A stretch of 42,191 nt of DNA, from the UHGV virus genome UHGV-0210215. One strand, 5' to 3'. The position numbers and the translations under genes were made by a program. The DNA comes from a virus. The notes below the pieces were generated by a model. It did no database searches and was not told the origin of the DNA. It saw nothing but the letters and a program-made list of their open reading frames with translations. Shown in pieces: positions 17,053-27,879 of this stretch (positions are counted from its first letter, which is position 1; each line of letters starts with the position of its first letter).

Positions 17053-18612
17053 CTAATAAGCATTTAAAATATCAATATTATTACCATGTGACATTGGATC
17101 CAATTTGATATGCCCGCACAAATGTTCTGATGAGATTGGTGGGTTGTAAATGACAATCGATGGTTTTCCTTTTGAAACTGAAAAGAAATAGTTGTTGATA
17201 AATCTTACAGTCATATCATTGCCTTGCCCATCTCCGAATATTATATTTGAGTCGTCTAGCCTAATAGAATCCGTTAACTCTGATACGATTACGCAGTCTT
17301 CCATGATCAATCGTTGGTTTGTTATTCCTGATTCTGTATTGCAATGCGCATAGAACGCTGCACCTCTAGTTGAATCGATATAAAACCTGCACCTACGAAA
17401 TATAATCGTTTGATCCTGATGCATCCCGATACCGACTGCGCTATTTTGATAAGATTCAAATTCCATATCTTCAAATATCAACGTTCCAGACCCTGCATAA
17501 TCAATATGAGCAGCATAGCTAGTAGTTGCTGGCAAGCTACCGGTCACATTATCATGATTAGCAATTACTGTAAAGTCTTTGAAAAAACCTTCCCCGCTTA
17601 CCTGCAAAGGGCAATTAGCGTAATCTCCAGATTTATCAATAATTTTTGTAGTTCGTTTATTTTTACCCACAATGTCTACAAATTGATTGCTTGCCAAAAG
17701 CGCTACTTCTTCATAATCCCCCGGATACAATTCTATTGTTTTCCTTTTACCATTGGATTTTATCGCAGTAATGGCGGAAGATATCTTGTCAAATTCGCCG
17801 TTTTGTTTAGCAACCTTTACAACGCCATAAACCACACCCTTCGAATTCAATTTGCTGATAATATCTCTGCTAAGGTTATCTTCATTTAAAAAAAGTCCGT
17901 ATGGTTCATAATCTGTTGAGAAAGATCCTAATTCCAATTGAAATGTCTCTTTATTCGTTAACCTAACAGAAATCCTTACAAAATAACAAACGGCAGGAGT
18001 TGTAAATGTTGTTGCTGACGCTAATCCGCTGATATAATCTTCTGTTGATGCTGTACGATAGAACGCTAATTGCTGGTTATCGTTTTTTGTATAGGTTGTA
18101 TTTGGTTGAACTGGTATGAATCCTGTAGCAAAGAAACTAGGATTAGTATCCAGTTTTCCATTTGTGTATAAAACGTACATACCATCTACTGCTTTAGATT
18201 TGTCAAATAAGTTTTTACCAACTTCAAAAAATGTTGTATTTTCTTTAGAAACACTCTTTTCACTCAACTTGTACGCTTGATATATTCCTAAATCTTTCCA
18301 TATTTTATTGTTTGAATCCCATATATAAACATGTGCACCATCCGTTGCCGAACTGTCAAAAACTAAGTATGTGCCATCTGCACCATTCGGATATTTTAAC
18401 TTGAGAGCTGCAAGAGAATAAAACAATTCCCTTGGTCCCCCTTGAGCGATAGATGAGAGCATACTATCAACATATGTTTTATCTGCTTTTGAATCTATTC
18501 CCACTTCCATTTCGTTCAATTTTTCAGTTGTCACAACTGCACCATCTTCTATATTTTGTGTTTCTGTCTTGCTCTCATCGTAGTCTTTCCAAAAATGTCT
18601 TCGATAAACCAT
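17053..18612 (-). CDS. tail fibre / receptor-binding protein (519 aa)
   Basis: Last large structural gene before the lysis cassette. A Gly/Asn-rich distal region suggests a beta-helix. Confidence 0.5.
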   Translation of the reverse strand: MVYRRHFWKDYDESKTETQNIEDGAVVTTEKLNEMEVGIDSKADKTYVDSMLSSIAQGGPRELFYSLAALKLKYPNGADGTYLVFDSSATDGAHVYIWDSNNKIWKDLGIYQAYKLSEKSVSKENTTFFEVGKNLFDKSKAVDGMYVLYTNGKLDTNPSFFATGFIPVQPNTTYTKNDNQQLAFYRTASTEDYISGLASATTFTTPAVCYFVRISVRLTNKETFQLELGSFSTDYEPYGLFLNEDNLSRDIISKLNSKGVVYGVVKVAKQNGEFDKISSAITAIKSNGKRKTIELYPGDYEEVALLASNQFVDIVGKNKRTTKIIDKSGDYANCPLQVSGEGFFKDFTVIANHDNVTGSLPATTSYAAHIDYAGSGTLIFEDMEFESYQNSAVGIGMHQDQTIIFRRCRFYIDSTRGAAFYAHCNTESGITNQRLIMEDCVIVSELTDSIRLDDSNIIFGDGQGNDMTVRFINNYFFSVSKGKPSIVIYNPPISSEHLCGHIKLDPMSHGNNIDILNAY

Positions 18613-20367
18613 TTATACATTCACTCCTTCAAGTTCTGATATTCTTGTTTCTAAATTTTTTATAGCTGAAAAAAGTAAATATATTAATTTAGATTCGGAA
18701 ACAGTTCCGTCTAAATTAATAATCGAGCTGTCTGCTATGAACTCATTAGAAAGCAATATCCCTAAGCCGCTATCTCCGTTTACCAAATATTCAAACGAAA
18801 CCACATCGGTGTTTTTTATAGCTTGTATCGCTATGTCGCCATCGAATATAATCGGGTTCCTTATTTGGTCTACAGATATATTTGAAACAATTTGTCCAGC
18901 GTTTTGTAGAGAAATCATACCGTTTGACAACATAACTTTGTTTTTATCGTTAATCCTAGTTTCAACAGACTGTTCATCGAAGCTAATCTTCAACTCATCG
19001 CCACTATATTCCCCGACAAGTTTATCGGCTTTTACCTCTTTGATTTTCTCTCCCTCAATAGAATTATCATCAATTTCAGTATTCATACTGATTCTTATTT
19101 TGTTGGGGGTTATTCGTAATGTATTGTTTTCGGGATCTTTTTCTTCAGATAAATTAATCTGCTCAATGATTTTTTCTTTGTCGATCATTTCATTTTTAAC
19201 ACTTGCTACTTGTGCAGCTACAGCTTTGACCCCAGAATCAGCTTTGCTCTTATATGCTGCGGTAGCGCTCGCGACAGCTTCTGCTTCTGCGGAACTAGTC
19301 GCACGCAACCCTCCGTTATAGGACAGCGTGTATTTCAAATTAGGTATCTTGTATTGATTGCCTTCGATATCTTCGACAATCATCCAGTCTCCTGCTTCTA
19401 TCGAAGGGATACCACGCCATTCAATGTTGAATGGATAGTACTCGATCGAGCTAAGCAGCGAAAATATGTCTTGCAAATCAGCTTTACTAACAAATGGATT
19501 ATCGATTTCTAATTGATTACCTGTGGTAGATCCAACTGTTATACTAGCCGAATCGCCCGCTGGAGAATTTGTCAATCCACTGATTTTATATTTCAAATCA
19601 TTCTTGCTTAGACCTTTCGAATAATACAAATCTGTGTTGATAATCTTCACAGTATCGCTACCATTCTTTAGTTGGAGTACATCATATTTAGAAAACTTGA
19701 TGTATCCAGCTACGTACTGGGAAATATAACCCAACACTTGCCTAATGGTTAGGTCTGTTGGTTTAGTTGTGATTTTTTTATCTGGCAGTTGTAAGAACGT
19801 TTCAACATCCATAGCAACACCTGCTTGATAACACGCATCCGCGGCTACATCAAATAGCTTAGCTGGGAAAGTTACCGTTGGTTTGTACGTGCCTTCCAGA
19901 AACAGAACTGAATCCATACAATTTATAGTTGTTGTTTTTTCGTTCTCGTCAACATCTACATGCTCGCTAACAAAAAAAGTGCCTAACCGAACGTATTCAA
20001 TTGGGTTCTCATAAAAAATCTTATTCAGATAGCCGCCTGTTCTCATTTTGTTAGTCTTATTCACATATTTTCTTGCTTCAGATCCTGTTTTTTGTTCTCG
20101 TTCAATACCCAACTCTACGATCACTTGATCCAACTCATTTATTCCACGGATAACCTTATCTAAAGTTATCGAGACATAATCAGAAAAAACAGACCCGATT
20201 TGATAACCAGGTCCATTTATACTTCCAGATTCAAATTTTATATTGAAAATATCGGCTTCAGTAAATGACTGATCATTAATAGTGATCCGTGCATAAATTT
20301 TACGTTCGTTTTTCTCGAAAGCTTCATTGAATTTAATACTTGATTTCAACATATAATCACTCCTCAA
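18613..20367 (-). CDS. tail-associated protein (Tal / prophage-tail endopeptidase-like), 584 aa
   Basis: Lies downstream of the tape measure and the small tail protein. Size and order fit a siphovirus tail-tip protein. Confidence 0.5.
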   Translation of the reverse strand: MRSDYMLKSSIKFNEAFEKNERKIYARITINDQSFTEADIFNIKFESGSINGPGYQIGSVFSDYVSITLDKVIRGINELDQVIVELGIEREQKTGSEARKYVNKTNKMRTGGYLNKIFYENPIEYVRLGTFFVSEHVDVDENEKTTTINCMDSVLFLEGTYKPTVTFPAKLFDVAADACYQAGVAMDVETFLQLPDKKITTKPTDLTIRQVLGYISQYVAGYIKFSKYDVLQLKNGSDTVKIINTDLYYSKGLSKNDLKYKISGLTNSPAGDSASITVGSTTGNQLEIDNPFVSKADLQDIFSLLSSIEYYPFNIEWRGIPSIEAGDWMIVEDIEGNQYKIPNLKYTLSYNGGLRATSSAEAEAVASATAAYKSKADSGVKAVAAQVASVKNEMIDKEKIIEQINLSEEKDPENNTLRITPNKIRISMNTEIDDNSIEGEKIKEVKADKLVGEYSGDELKISFDEQSVETRINDKNKVMLSNGMISLQNAGQIVSNISVDQIRNPIIFDGDIAIQAIKNTDVVSFEYLVNGDSGLGILLSNEFIADSSIINLDGTVSESKLIYLLFSAIKNLETRISELEGVNV

Positions 20368-20719
20368 TAAAACTTAGGGTTAGACCTTCCCACTTCATAG
20401 CTTGAAACTTATCATTCCAAGAATATGAAGCGGCAGTCCTGTCCCCTACGTAAAATCTTTTAGTTGTATTTCCGCCAACTTGCGGATCAGGATATGAAAC
20501 CGAGAAAAAAGCAGCAGATACTTTTGATAGTATTTGTGATATTTCACTATCAGATAGTGGTCCCCAAGCAATATCAAGTTTTACTTTCTCTGCGATTATA
20601 TCTCTGATCATTTTCCCGCTGGCGTTTCTTCCAGTAGAATCAGCATCAATCGTTTGGATGCTTGCTGAAAAAGTCTTGGGTGGCTTGACCACGCTCCCAT
20701 TAATACTTAAGTTTGCCAT
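20357..20719 (-). CDS. small tail protein (120 aa) in the Dit position
   Basis: Immediately follows the tape measure. Unusually short for a distal tail protein. Confidence 0.4.
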   Translation of the reverse strand: MANLSINGSVVKPPKTFSASIQTIDADSTGRNASGKMIRDIIAEKVKLDIAWGPLSDSEISQILSKVSAAFFSVSYPDPQVGGNTTKRFYVGDRTAASYSWNDKFQAMKWEGLTLSFIEE

Positions 20720-20731
20720 CTTACCACCCTC

Positions 20732-23700
20732 CTATTTTCCAATTACTGGATTAATGCCAGTTTGTTTCTCAATTTTTTTAAATTCATCCAATATTACTTT
20801 TGCTAATGTAGCTCGATCAAGTTTTAGATTAATCTCTGTTTTCGTTGGTGTTTGATTATCTCCGCTATTACCTGGACGATTTAGCAACATCAACAGAATA
20901 CGATAAAGTTCATCTGTTCCCATTGATTGAGAAGGTGCGATTTGATTGTTGAAGCTTGAAGAAATACTTGAAACACTAGTTGGTTCTGTGAACATTTCTG
21001 GCAAAACAAGGCTTGAGTTGAACATATCAAGTCCAAGATACTCAACGGCTTGTTGAATCAGTTCAGCAGCACGTTGAGGTCTCTCTAACGGAATGACCAT
21101 CTCTTTCTTGTTGCCCTCTCCCATGCGGTATAAACCGTCCTGAGTGACTAGTCCACCATTCTCATAGCCCACACCTCTGTACGCTGCCGTAAGCGACCCG
21201 TAACGACTGAGTGCATATCTCATAGAAGCCAAAATATTCGACATAGGATCCCAAATATTCTTGTTGTACGGGCTTCTTGCATACGCTCTAAACGTTGGAT
21301 CAATAACCTGCATCAAACCTTTTGAAGGGGTTCCGTTCTTAGCGTTGATATCCCAATTATTGATGGCGTTAGGGTTACCGTTTGATTCAGTCTTCATTTG
21401 ATACAGCGCACGGTTTGCGTTGGCTAGTGAGTAAATGCCTAGTTTGTTCAATGCGCTATTGACAGTCGAACGCCATCTTTCTACTGATGAACCATACTTA
21501 CCAGCAACTGCAGCCCCACCAATTGCACCAAAACCTGCGTTCTTATCAATATCACTTGCTCCGAGTGAGCCGTTGATATGCAAATGATCGTAATGGTCAT
21601 TCTGCGGCCATCTTACCCAACTTCCGCTCGATCCAGTACCAGACATTCCTTTTCGGTCTCGAACTTTACCTTGAGTGATTACGTAAGCTACTTTTGAAGC
21701 AAAGTTATCAAACACCCAGTTCGCTGGAGCAAAGTATTTCGAAGATCCGTTCATACTTGCTGGATAGGCGACATCAATTGCTTGATGCTTTCCGTGGGAA
21801 TGTGGATCACCTGGTCTAAAGCCAGAAGTGATTCTCATACCAGGATATCGATCGACAGTTTTTCTAGCGATATCATATAGGTATTTGTATACACCCCAAC
21901 TCCCCATTGATCCATCAAACGAACTATTTTGTGCTTCATATCCTGCATTGAACTTCGATTTAAACCATTCATAAGAACCTTCTGCGATCGTACCAACGGA
22001 ACCTTTCGCCATTGATAGTGCCGGTTCAACAGCACCTTTCAAGTTAACGAACTTAGAAATTGCAGCATTCAAAAGCTTCTTCGGATTTGATGCATAAGAC
22101 CAAATATCCGATGCGATTTCTTTTGCACCATTCCATTTCTCTTTAAACCATTCACCTATACCATTTGCATAGGCTGGTACGCCATACATCGCAGCAGTCT
22201 TTGGACCACTTAAAACAGACGTTCCTTTTGGTAAGTTAACCATCAGATTTCTTTGCGCTGGAAAGATACCAGTACGTCCATCAGGTGTCCGATAGGCTTC
22301 TTGATAGTTAGATCCTAATCCGTCATTGACCAGAGCAATGCCGCCTGGATGATACCCAGTACCTTTAGCATAAGTAGGAATTGTCCATTTTTTCAAAGCG
22401 CTACTTCCTGCACCAACTTTGTTTAGTACCCAGTTGATACCGCTGATTACACCGTTGACACCTTTTCCGATAACTCCGACCATTCCGTTGAAAATTTTTC
22501 CAGCGCCTTCTTTGACAGATTTGACACCGTTGCTCAAGCCTTTACCAATCTTGCTACCTAATCCGGTTGCCCAGCCAGTGATTTTATCGAAAGCTTCAGA
22601 AGCATTTTTCTTCATTGTTTCAAAAGATCCGCCCATACTAGTCTTAAGATTAGAGAACGCTGTGCTTGCTTTTGATTTTGCATTGCCTGCTGCTGTTGTA
22701 ACTTTGTCTTGTATTTCATTCCATTTTTCAACGGTATTCTTTTTGACGTTACTCCATCGATCAGAAATGTTCGTTCTAAGTTCTTGTAAACGTTTGGATG
22801 CATTATCCTTAGCAGTTCTTGCTTTGTTTGATACATCTGTAGAAAAAGTGTCCCAAGTTTCTTTGGTATTCTTCTTGATGTCACTCCATCGTCCGCTAAC
22901 ATTCTTCCAAATATCAGAGGATTTTTCTGAAACTGTTTTTTTAGCATTAGTCCAAGTATCACTTGTCCATTTTTTAACATTATCCCAAGTGTCTGAAATT
23001 GTTTTTTTAACATTTCCAAACTTTTCGCTAATCGTGCCGCTTAGTTCTCCAATAGCTTTTTTAGGATCTTTGACTGCCTCCGCGACTTCGCCCAGTATAT
23101 CCGCAAGTGTTTCTAGGCCTCTAGTCAGCAATTCCAGTTGGCCTAAGATCAGAAACTTAGCAACTTTAGATAACGGAACAATAACTGTATCCCAGAACCA
23201 TTTGAATACTGGTTTGAGTATTTCAATTACTTGATTTAGTACATCTAGTGCAGCTGAAAGCATGTCGAAGTATTTAGGTACATAGTCTTCAATAGTAAAG
23301 CTTGCTAATGGTAACAAAACGTTCTTATAGATCCATTCAAGTCCATCACCAACGTTTTTAATGATTGGCCGTATTGATTTGAATAGTCTATCGATTGCTT
23401 CAAGCAATGGTGTGAAATCAAGCTGTTTTGCCCAGTTTTCCGTAGCTTTGGTCATATCGTTGATATTACCCAATAGGTCATCAATTACATCAAGGATAGT
23501 GCCGAAAATAGACTCGCCTATCTTGCCCTCTTTCCAAGCTTTCTTCAACTGTTCAGCTATGTTGCCGATCGTGTTGAAGATATTCGTATAGATTTCAAGG
23601 ATGTTCGCAGCTATACTTTCTCCACGGCCATCGTTCCATGCATTACGAAAAGCAACAGCCACTTCATGAAGCAATTCAAGGATTCGGTTCCACATATCAA

Positions 23701-25621
23701 AAATGGATTGAATCAAGCGTGTTCCTCGTCCATTGTCTTCCCAAGCTCGTTTGAAAGCACCAGCGATATCACCGATTATTCCGAGTACATCTGCAAGCAG
23801 GATCAATATATTTTCTATGAAAAGCTGTCCGGTTCCATTTGTCCAAACTTCCATAAATGACTTGCCGATAGCAGAAGCCAAACCTATTACTTCACCTAAT
23901 GCATAGTTCCAAGCATCAATGACTTTTTGACCTTGGTTTTTCCATGCGTCTTGGAAAGGTTTGAAGAAATCCTTCAATATGTTCTGGATGTCTTTCATCC
24001 ATTTAGGCGTTGTATATGATCCTAACGCTGAACCAAAATCAATACTAGGAGCAGGATCTTCTTTCTTTGCATCATCAGTATTCATCGTTAGCTTGTTGAT
24101 TTGATCAAATCCCATTAACGATCGTTGCAGTTTTTTGACTTTCTCATTAGCCTTATTTGCAGAAGAACCAGTATCGTTCAGCGCTTGGATATTGTCATAC
24201 AATCCACTAGCGCCTTGTTTTGCCGCGTCATAGGTTGTCCCGAATAACATTGCAATAAATGAAGCAAGCTGCCCCGTGAGTTGGGCTACTGTGCTCATTA
24301 ACGCATTCAACGCTGGTAAGATTGCCGTGTATATTGGATAGAATGCCGTCATAAGATTGACTTTAATCTGATTCAACGAAGCGCTGAATTGCTCGTTCGT
24401 TTTCAACGCTGACATCATACCGCTAGCTAGTTTGGTAATCGCGCCACCTAACAGCTGATAAACGACTAATGAAGGCAGTAAGTATTTCATTGACTGTCCG
24501 AAAGCATTCGTGCTTCCAGTCATCCTGTTTGTTCCAGCTGTAACTTTGTTGGAATTACTAGAAAATAGACTTCCGAACTTTCCAATAAATCCAAGAGAGT
24601 TCCTTAAGCCATTCCCAACACTCCCAAATCCATGAGAAACAGCATTGGACATGCGGTTGAATACGCCGCCGTATCTAGAAACAGCTCTCTCAGATTGCTT
24701 CAAGCCTGTACCTGTCATACTAGCGCTGCTAGAGGCGTTACCCGTTTGTATGGATGATTGTCCTAATGCAGAATTAACACGCTGTAGCGCCTTTCTCAGT
24801 GCGTCTGCGCGGTCTTCTGTTTGCGCGTATTCCTTTTGCAAACGATCATTGTCACTTATAAGCTTATTCATCTTGATTGATTGTTTTTGAATCTCCCCAG
24901 ACGTTTTCAGTGATTGAGGAGTATCTTCATAATTCTTGAATCCAGATGTAAAACTGCCAGTTGGCACACGTTGATCGTTGTACTCCGCCTTCAACGTCCG
25001 AATTCGTTTTCGCATTGCTTCAATTTGGGCTTCGTTTTGGCTCATGCCTTTTGTAATGTTGTTCAGTGAAGAAGGAACAGCATCAAGTTCCCGTTTGATT
25101 GTATTACCCATACCTTTTGCCTGATCTTGGAATTTTGTCATCTGAGCTTGTGCTCGAGCGATTTGTTCATCGTATTTAACGACTTTCCCTGTATCTCCTT
25201 GACTAGATGCCGTTTGCCTTTGCGATTTCAGATAAGCAACCTTTTCTTGCGCTGCTTTTGCTTGTCCCATCTTGGCGTTGATCTCATTCACCATCGCATC
25301 GATTTCCTTGGTTACTTTCGGACGAGCTTTGCGAATACCAGAAGAAAAATTGTCACCAGCAGCTTCAGATGATTGCTTTGTTGATCGCTCGAAGTTTGCT
25401 AACGTCTTTTCTAATGCTTGATTCATTTTTTCTAGTTGTTTCGTGAAATTGCTAGCGCCTTTTTCAATATCCATATTTTTCTCTGTACGATCCATTGAGT
25501 TACCGGACATTTGTTGGATTCTACTCATAGCACTTTCGATTTGTGGCAATACACGTTCCAAAGACTGCTCAACTCTAGCAGTATTGATATCTAACAAGAC
25601 TTCAAGTGTTTCTAATTCCAT
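20732..25621 (-). CDS. tail tape measure protein (1629 aa) with C-terminal lytic transglycosylase (SLT) and M23 peptidase domains
   Basis: Coiled-coil N-terminus, W/G-containing ~35-aa repeats, GLMQVIDPTF (SLT), HQAID...HLH (M23 HxxxD/HxH). Confidence 0.8.
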   Translation of the reverse strand: MELETLEVLLDINTARVEQSLERVLPQIESAMSRIQQMSGNSMDRTEKNMDIEKGASNFTKQLEKMNQALEKTLANFERSTKQSSEAAGDNFSSGIRKARPKVTKEIDAMVNEINAKMGQAKAAQEKVAYLKSQRQTASSQGDTGKVVKYDEQIARAQAQMTKFQDQAKGMGNTIKRELDAVPSSLNNITKGMSQNEAQIEAMRKRIRTLKAEYNDQRVPTGSFTSGFKNYEDTPQSLKTSGEIQKQSIKMNKLISDNDRLQKEYAQTEDRADALRKALQRVNSALGQSSIQTGNASSSASMTGTGLKQSERAVSRYGGVFNRMSNAVSHGFGSVGNGLRNSLGFIGKFGSLFSSNSNKVTAGTNRMTGSTNAFGQSMKYLLPSLVVYQLLGGAITKLASGMMSALKTNEQFSASLNQIKVNLMTAFYPIYTAILPALNALMSTVAQLTGQLASFIAMLFGTTYDAAKQGASGLYDNIQALNDTGSSANKANEKVKKLQRSLMGFDQINKLTMNTDDAKKEDPAPSIDFGSALGSYTTPKWMKDIQNILKDFFKPFQDAWKNQGQKVIDAWNYALGEVIGLASAIGKSFMEVWTNGTGQLFIENILILLADVLGIIGDIAGAFKRAWEDNGRGTRLIQSIFDMWNRILELLHEVAVAFRNAWNDGRGESIAANILEIYTNIFNTIGNIAEQLKKAWKEGKIGESIFGTILDVIDDLLGNINDMTKATENWAKQLDFTPLLEAIDRLFKSIRPIIKNVGDGLEWIYKNVLLPLASFTIEDYVPKYFDMLSAALDVLNQVIEILKPVFKWFWDTVIVPLSKVAKFLILGQLELLTRGLETLADILGEVAEAVKDPKKAIGELSGTISEKFGNVKKTISDTWDNVKKWTSDTWTNAKKTVSEKSSDIWKNVSGRWSDIKKNTKETWDTFSTDVSNKARTAKDNASKRLQELRTNISDRWSNVKKNTVEKWNEIQDKVTTAAGNAKSKASTAFSNLKTSMGGSFETMKKNASEAFDKITGWATGLGSKIGKGLSNGVKSVKEGAGKIFNGMVGVIGKGVNGVISGINWVLNKVGAGSSALKKWTIPTYAKGTGYHPGGIALVNDGLGSNYQEAYRTPDGRTGIFPAQRNLMVNLPKGTSVLSGPKTAAMYGVPAYANGIGEWFKEKWNGAKEIASDIWSYASNPKKLLNAAISKFVNLKGAVEPALSMAKGSVGTIAEGSYEWFKSKFNAGYEAQNSSFDGSMGSWGVYKYLYDIARKTVDRYPGMRITSGFRPGDPHSHGKHQAIDVAYPASMNGSSKYFAPANWVFDNFASKVAYVITQGKVRDRKGMSGTGSSGSWVRWPQNDHYDHLHINGSLGASDIDKNAGFGAIGGAAVAGKYGSSVERWRSTVNSALNKLGIYSLANANRALYQMKTESNGNPNAINNWDINAKNGTPSKGLMQVIDPTFRAYARSPYNKNIWDPMSNILASMRYALSRYGSLTAAYRGVGYENGGLVTQDGLYRMGEGNKKEMVIPLERPQRAAELIQQAVEYLGLDMFNSSLVLPEMFTEPTSVSSISSSFNNQIAPSQSMGTDELYRILLMLLNRPGNSGDNQTPTKTEINLKLDRATLAKVILDEFKKIEKQTGINPVIGK

Positions 25622-25631
25622 GCTTTCTCAC

Positions 25632-26437
25632 CTACCTTTCTTCTATGAGTTTTCTTCTTTCTCTTGTTGCTTTGATAGCCTGAGCTTGGGCCAAGAAAAT
25701 TTCTTGCTCACGCTGCATAGCTTCTTGCTTTGTTTCTTCTTCGGTTTTAGCTTCTTCGACTGCCTGCTCAATTTGCTTAAGAAAAGGATAAGCTTCTTCA
25801 AATTTTGGCATATGCTTGGGATCGTTAAATGCGAAAACCGCTAGTCTTTGCTGCGAATAGTCGAACATCGCTCTTTCTCGCAGCTCATTCTCTTTGATCT
25901 TCTTGTTTGCTTGGACCTGTATCATGATTTCTTCAAGTGTCATTCCCCAATATTCAGTAGAGGGGATTCCTGCTTCAACAGCTTGTGGATACATGTAATC
26001 AAGCATTTCAGAAAGATTATCGAAGTTTTTTACAGCAGACTGTCTTCGTTGTTGGTCTGATCCAAAGATTCCCCATCGGTCGCTTCGTTCGCCGTTTCTT
26101 TCTTTCCGAAAAAACCAGCTTCGTCCAAGAAGTCATTGATTTCGCCAAATAGATCCATCGTTGTTTTTCCTGATTCAATGTATTGCTCGAACGCATCAAC
26201 GATTGCTTTATCTGTCACGCCGCTTGTTTTATTGGCACCTTGTAAGATAATCAGTAAACTGTTAGCTGGCGGCAATTTGATTTCGCCTTGTTTTTTAACA
26301 AACAGTCCCATAATCCCTTCATCTAAGCGCTTTTCGATTGCTAAAATCGATTTACCGTCTAAACGAAGTTGTAAATTTAGCTCTCCTAGTTGAAATGATT
26401 TAGTGTTTGGCATTTGTACTACGTTGTTTTTTGGCAT
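25632..26437 (-). CDS. tail assembly chaperone GT fusion, made by a -1 programmed frameshift at T_TTT_TTC (minus-strand positions 26114..26108)
   Basis: The downstream ORF is in the -1 frame and is open from 26132. The slippery heptamer lies inside the overlap. Confidence 0.55.
26030..26437 (-). CDS. tail assembly chaperone G-like (135 aa)
   Basis: Position between the major tail protein and the tape measure. Acidic C-terminus. Confidence 0.55.
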   Translation of the reverse strand: MPKNNVVQMPNTKSFQLGELNLQLRLDGKSILAIEKRLDEGIMGLFVKKQGEIKLPPANSLLIILQGANKTSGVTDKAIVDAFEQYIESGKTTMDLFGEINDFLDEAGFFGKKETANEATDGESLDQTNNEDSLL

Positions 26438-26533
26438 GTATGTTTCCTCCTAATTTATAAAAAATAGAGACCAAGGATTATTCCTCAGCCTCCGATTCAT
26501 TTACGTTATCTTCCTCAGTAATATTGAGGGTTG

Positions 26534-26953
26534 TTACGCCCCCGGCGCTGGTGCCGGAGTGATATCTGGACCGTCACTTACCACAATACCTACGTTAAAT
26601 CCAATCGCTTGGTTAACTTCAGCTCCATCAAATTTGTAGTAAGGTTCGCCAGTGAATTCAGCTTTCAATCCGTCTGGATAAGTAATCGTCCAATCTACAG
26701 ATTTTCCAGTTTCAACTAGCGCATGAATATCACGGAAGTTATCTCCTTGATATACAATTGCAAATTCCAAATTGTCAGTATCTTCGATACCTTTGATATA
26801 AGATTTCTTTTCTGATCCCAAGTGTGTAACATCAACTTTTTCTGGGTCACTGCCCAACGCTGGGATAGATTTAACTCCTGCTACAGTTTTAGTTGTTTCA
26901 CCATCTTTGTAGGTTAAGACGGTACCCTTTGATAATAGTCCTGCAAAATCCAT
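26534..26953 (-). CDS. major tail protein (139 aa)
   Basis: Position, size and C-terminus (PAPAPGA) match siphovirus major tail proteins. Confidence 0.55.
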   Translation of the reverse strand: MDFAGLLSKGTVLTYKDGETTKTVAGVKSIPALGSDPEKVDVTHLGSEKKSYIKGIEDTDNLEFAIVYQGDNFRDIHALVETGKSVDWTITYPDGLKAEFTGEPYYKFDGAEVNQAIGFNVGIVVSDGPDITPAPAPGA

Positions 26954-26965
26954 GTGTAATTCCTC

Positions 26966-27331
26966 CTATTTTTTGTAAACATATTTCGTAACATTATCAA
27001 CTACAGCTGTTACTTCAACGATGATTCGCTTTAAATCAGCCGTGTTAGCATCTTTAGCGGTACCAGAAAAACCAATACTGCCGAATGTGCTTAAAACACT
27101 TTCAGCAATACTGGTCTGGCTTTTGTCTCCGTATAATTCAACTGTAATTGTCCAATCTGTTTGTAACTCATTACTCAACGAATCAATCTGATATGGTTTA
27201 TTGGCTGTCCTATAAATAGCCAACGGGAATGTATTCCAAGTTGAAGGATAGTCCGTGGCAATCTTTTTGATAGCAGTAACGGATTGTAATACTTCAACAG
27301 TGACTGTCTTCATATTCACTCGTTCCATCAA
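26966..27331 (-). CDS. tail component / tail terminator-like (121 aa)
   Basis: Gene-order inference. Confidence 0.4.
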   Translation of the reverse strand: MMERVNMKTVTVEVLQSVTAIKKIATDYPSTWNTFPLAIYRTANKPYQIDSLSNELQTDWTITVELYGDKSQTSIAESVLSTFGSIGFSGTAKDANTADLKRIIVEVTAVVDNVTKYVYKK

Positions 27332-27879
27332 TTCAACTCCCTTAACTTGCGTTGTACATGTTCTTTGTAGATTTCAGGTGCTTCTCCGATCAAATCTACT
27401 AAAGAAGGATACAAGAACGGTCGTGCTGGCTGTCCTTTGGTAATGTAGAAGTCTGTACCTTGAACAGTCACACGAGGAATATCGTATATGGCTTCCAAAT
27501 CAACCGCAACATCTTTTGCTGGGATAAACCATGCTGTTTGCGAGTAAACTGGTGTAAATCCTTCTGGTAAGTCTTTTTGACTAGCTTCACCGACAGGACC
27601 AGTACCAACTTCACGAAATAGCGCTTCTTGCTTGTCGGACCAGACACGCCCAACAATTTGGTTTTGTGCATTAATCACGACTTCGTTTTTCAAACTACCC
27701 AACAATTCACCACTAGAATATTTCATGCTAGACGATAATCGCAATTCAGAGGCTTGTTTAATCAACTCGGTAATTTCAAAAGTTGCATCCCACATCGCAT
27801 CATCTAAGATTTGCGGTATCGCTTTGACTTTTCGCCGTAAACTTTCAAGGCCTTTGATTTCAACTCCCACGATTATCAT
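27328..27879 (-). CDS. head-tail joining / HK97 gp10-like (183 aa)
   Basis: Gene-order inference. Confidence 0.4.
   Translation of the reverse strand: MIIVGVEIKGLESLRRKVKAIPQILDDAMWDATFEITELIKQASELRLSSSMKYSSGELLGSLKNEVVINAQNQIVGRVWSDKQEALFREVGTGPVGEASQKDLPEGFTPVYSQTAWFIPAKDVAVDLEAIYDIPRVTVQGTDFYITKGQPARPFLYPSLVDLIGEAPEIYKEHVQRKLRELN

Noticed and set aside
17410-17889. 159-aa plus-strand ORF inside the tail fibre gene
   Set aside because: Shadow ORF.
18737-19512. Plus-strand ORFs (194 aa and 100 aa) inside the Tal-like gene
   Set aside because: Shadow ORFs antisense to a coding region.
22419-23234. 271-aa plus-strand ORF inside the tape measure gene
   Set aside because: Antisense shadow ORF of a long, well-supported minus-strand gene. 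Low-complexity translation and no ribosome-binding site.
26017-26199. 60-aa ORF in the third frame at the G/T overlap
   Set aside because: The -1 frame (not this one) continues into the long downstream ORF and carries the slippery site.
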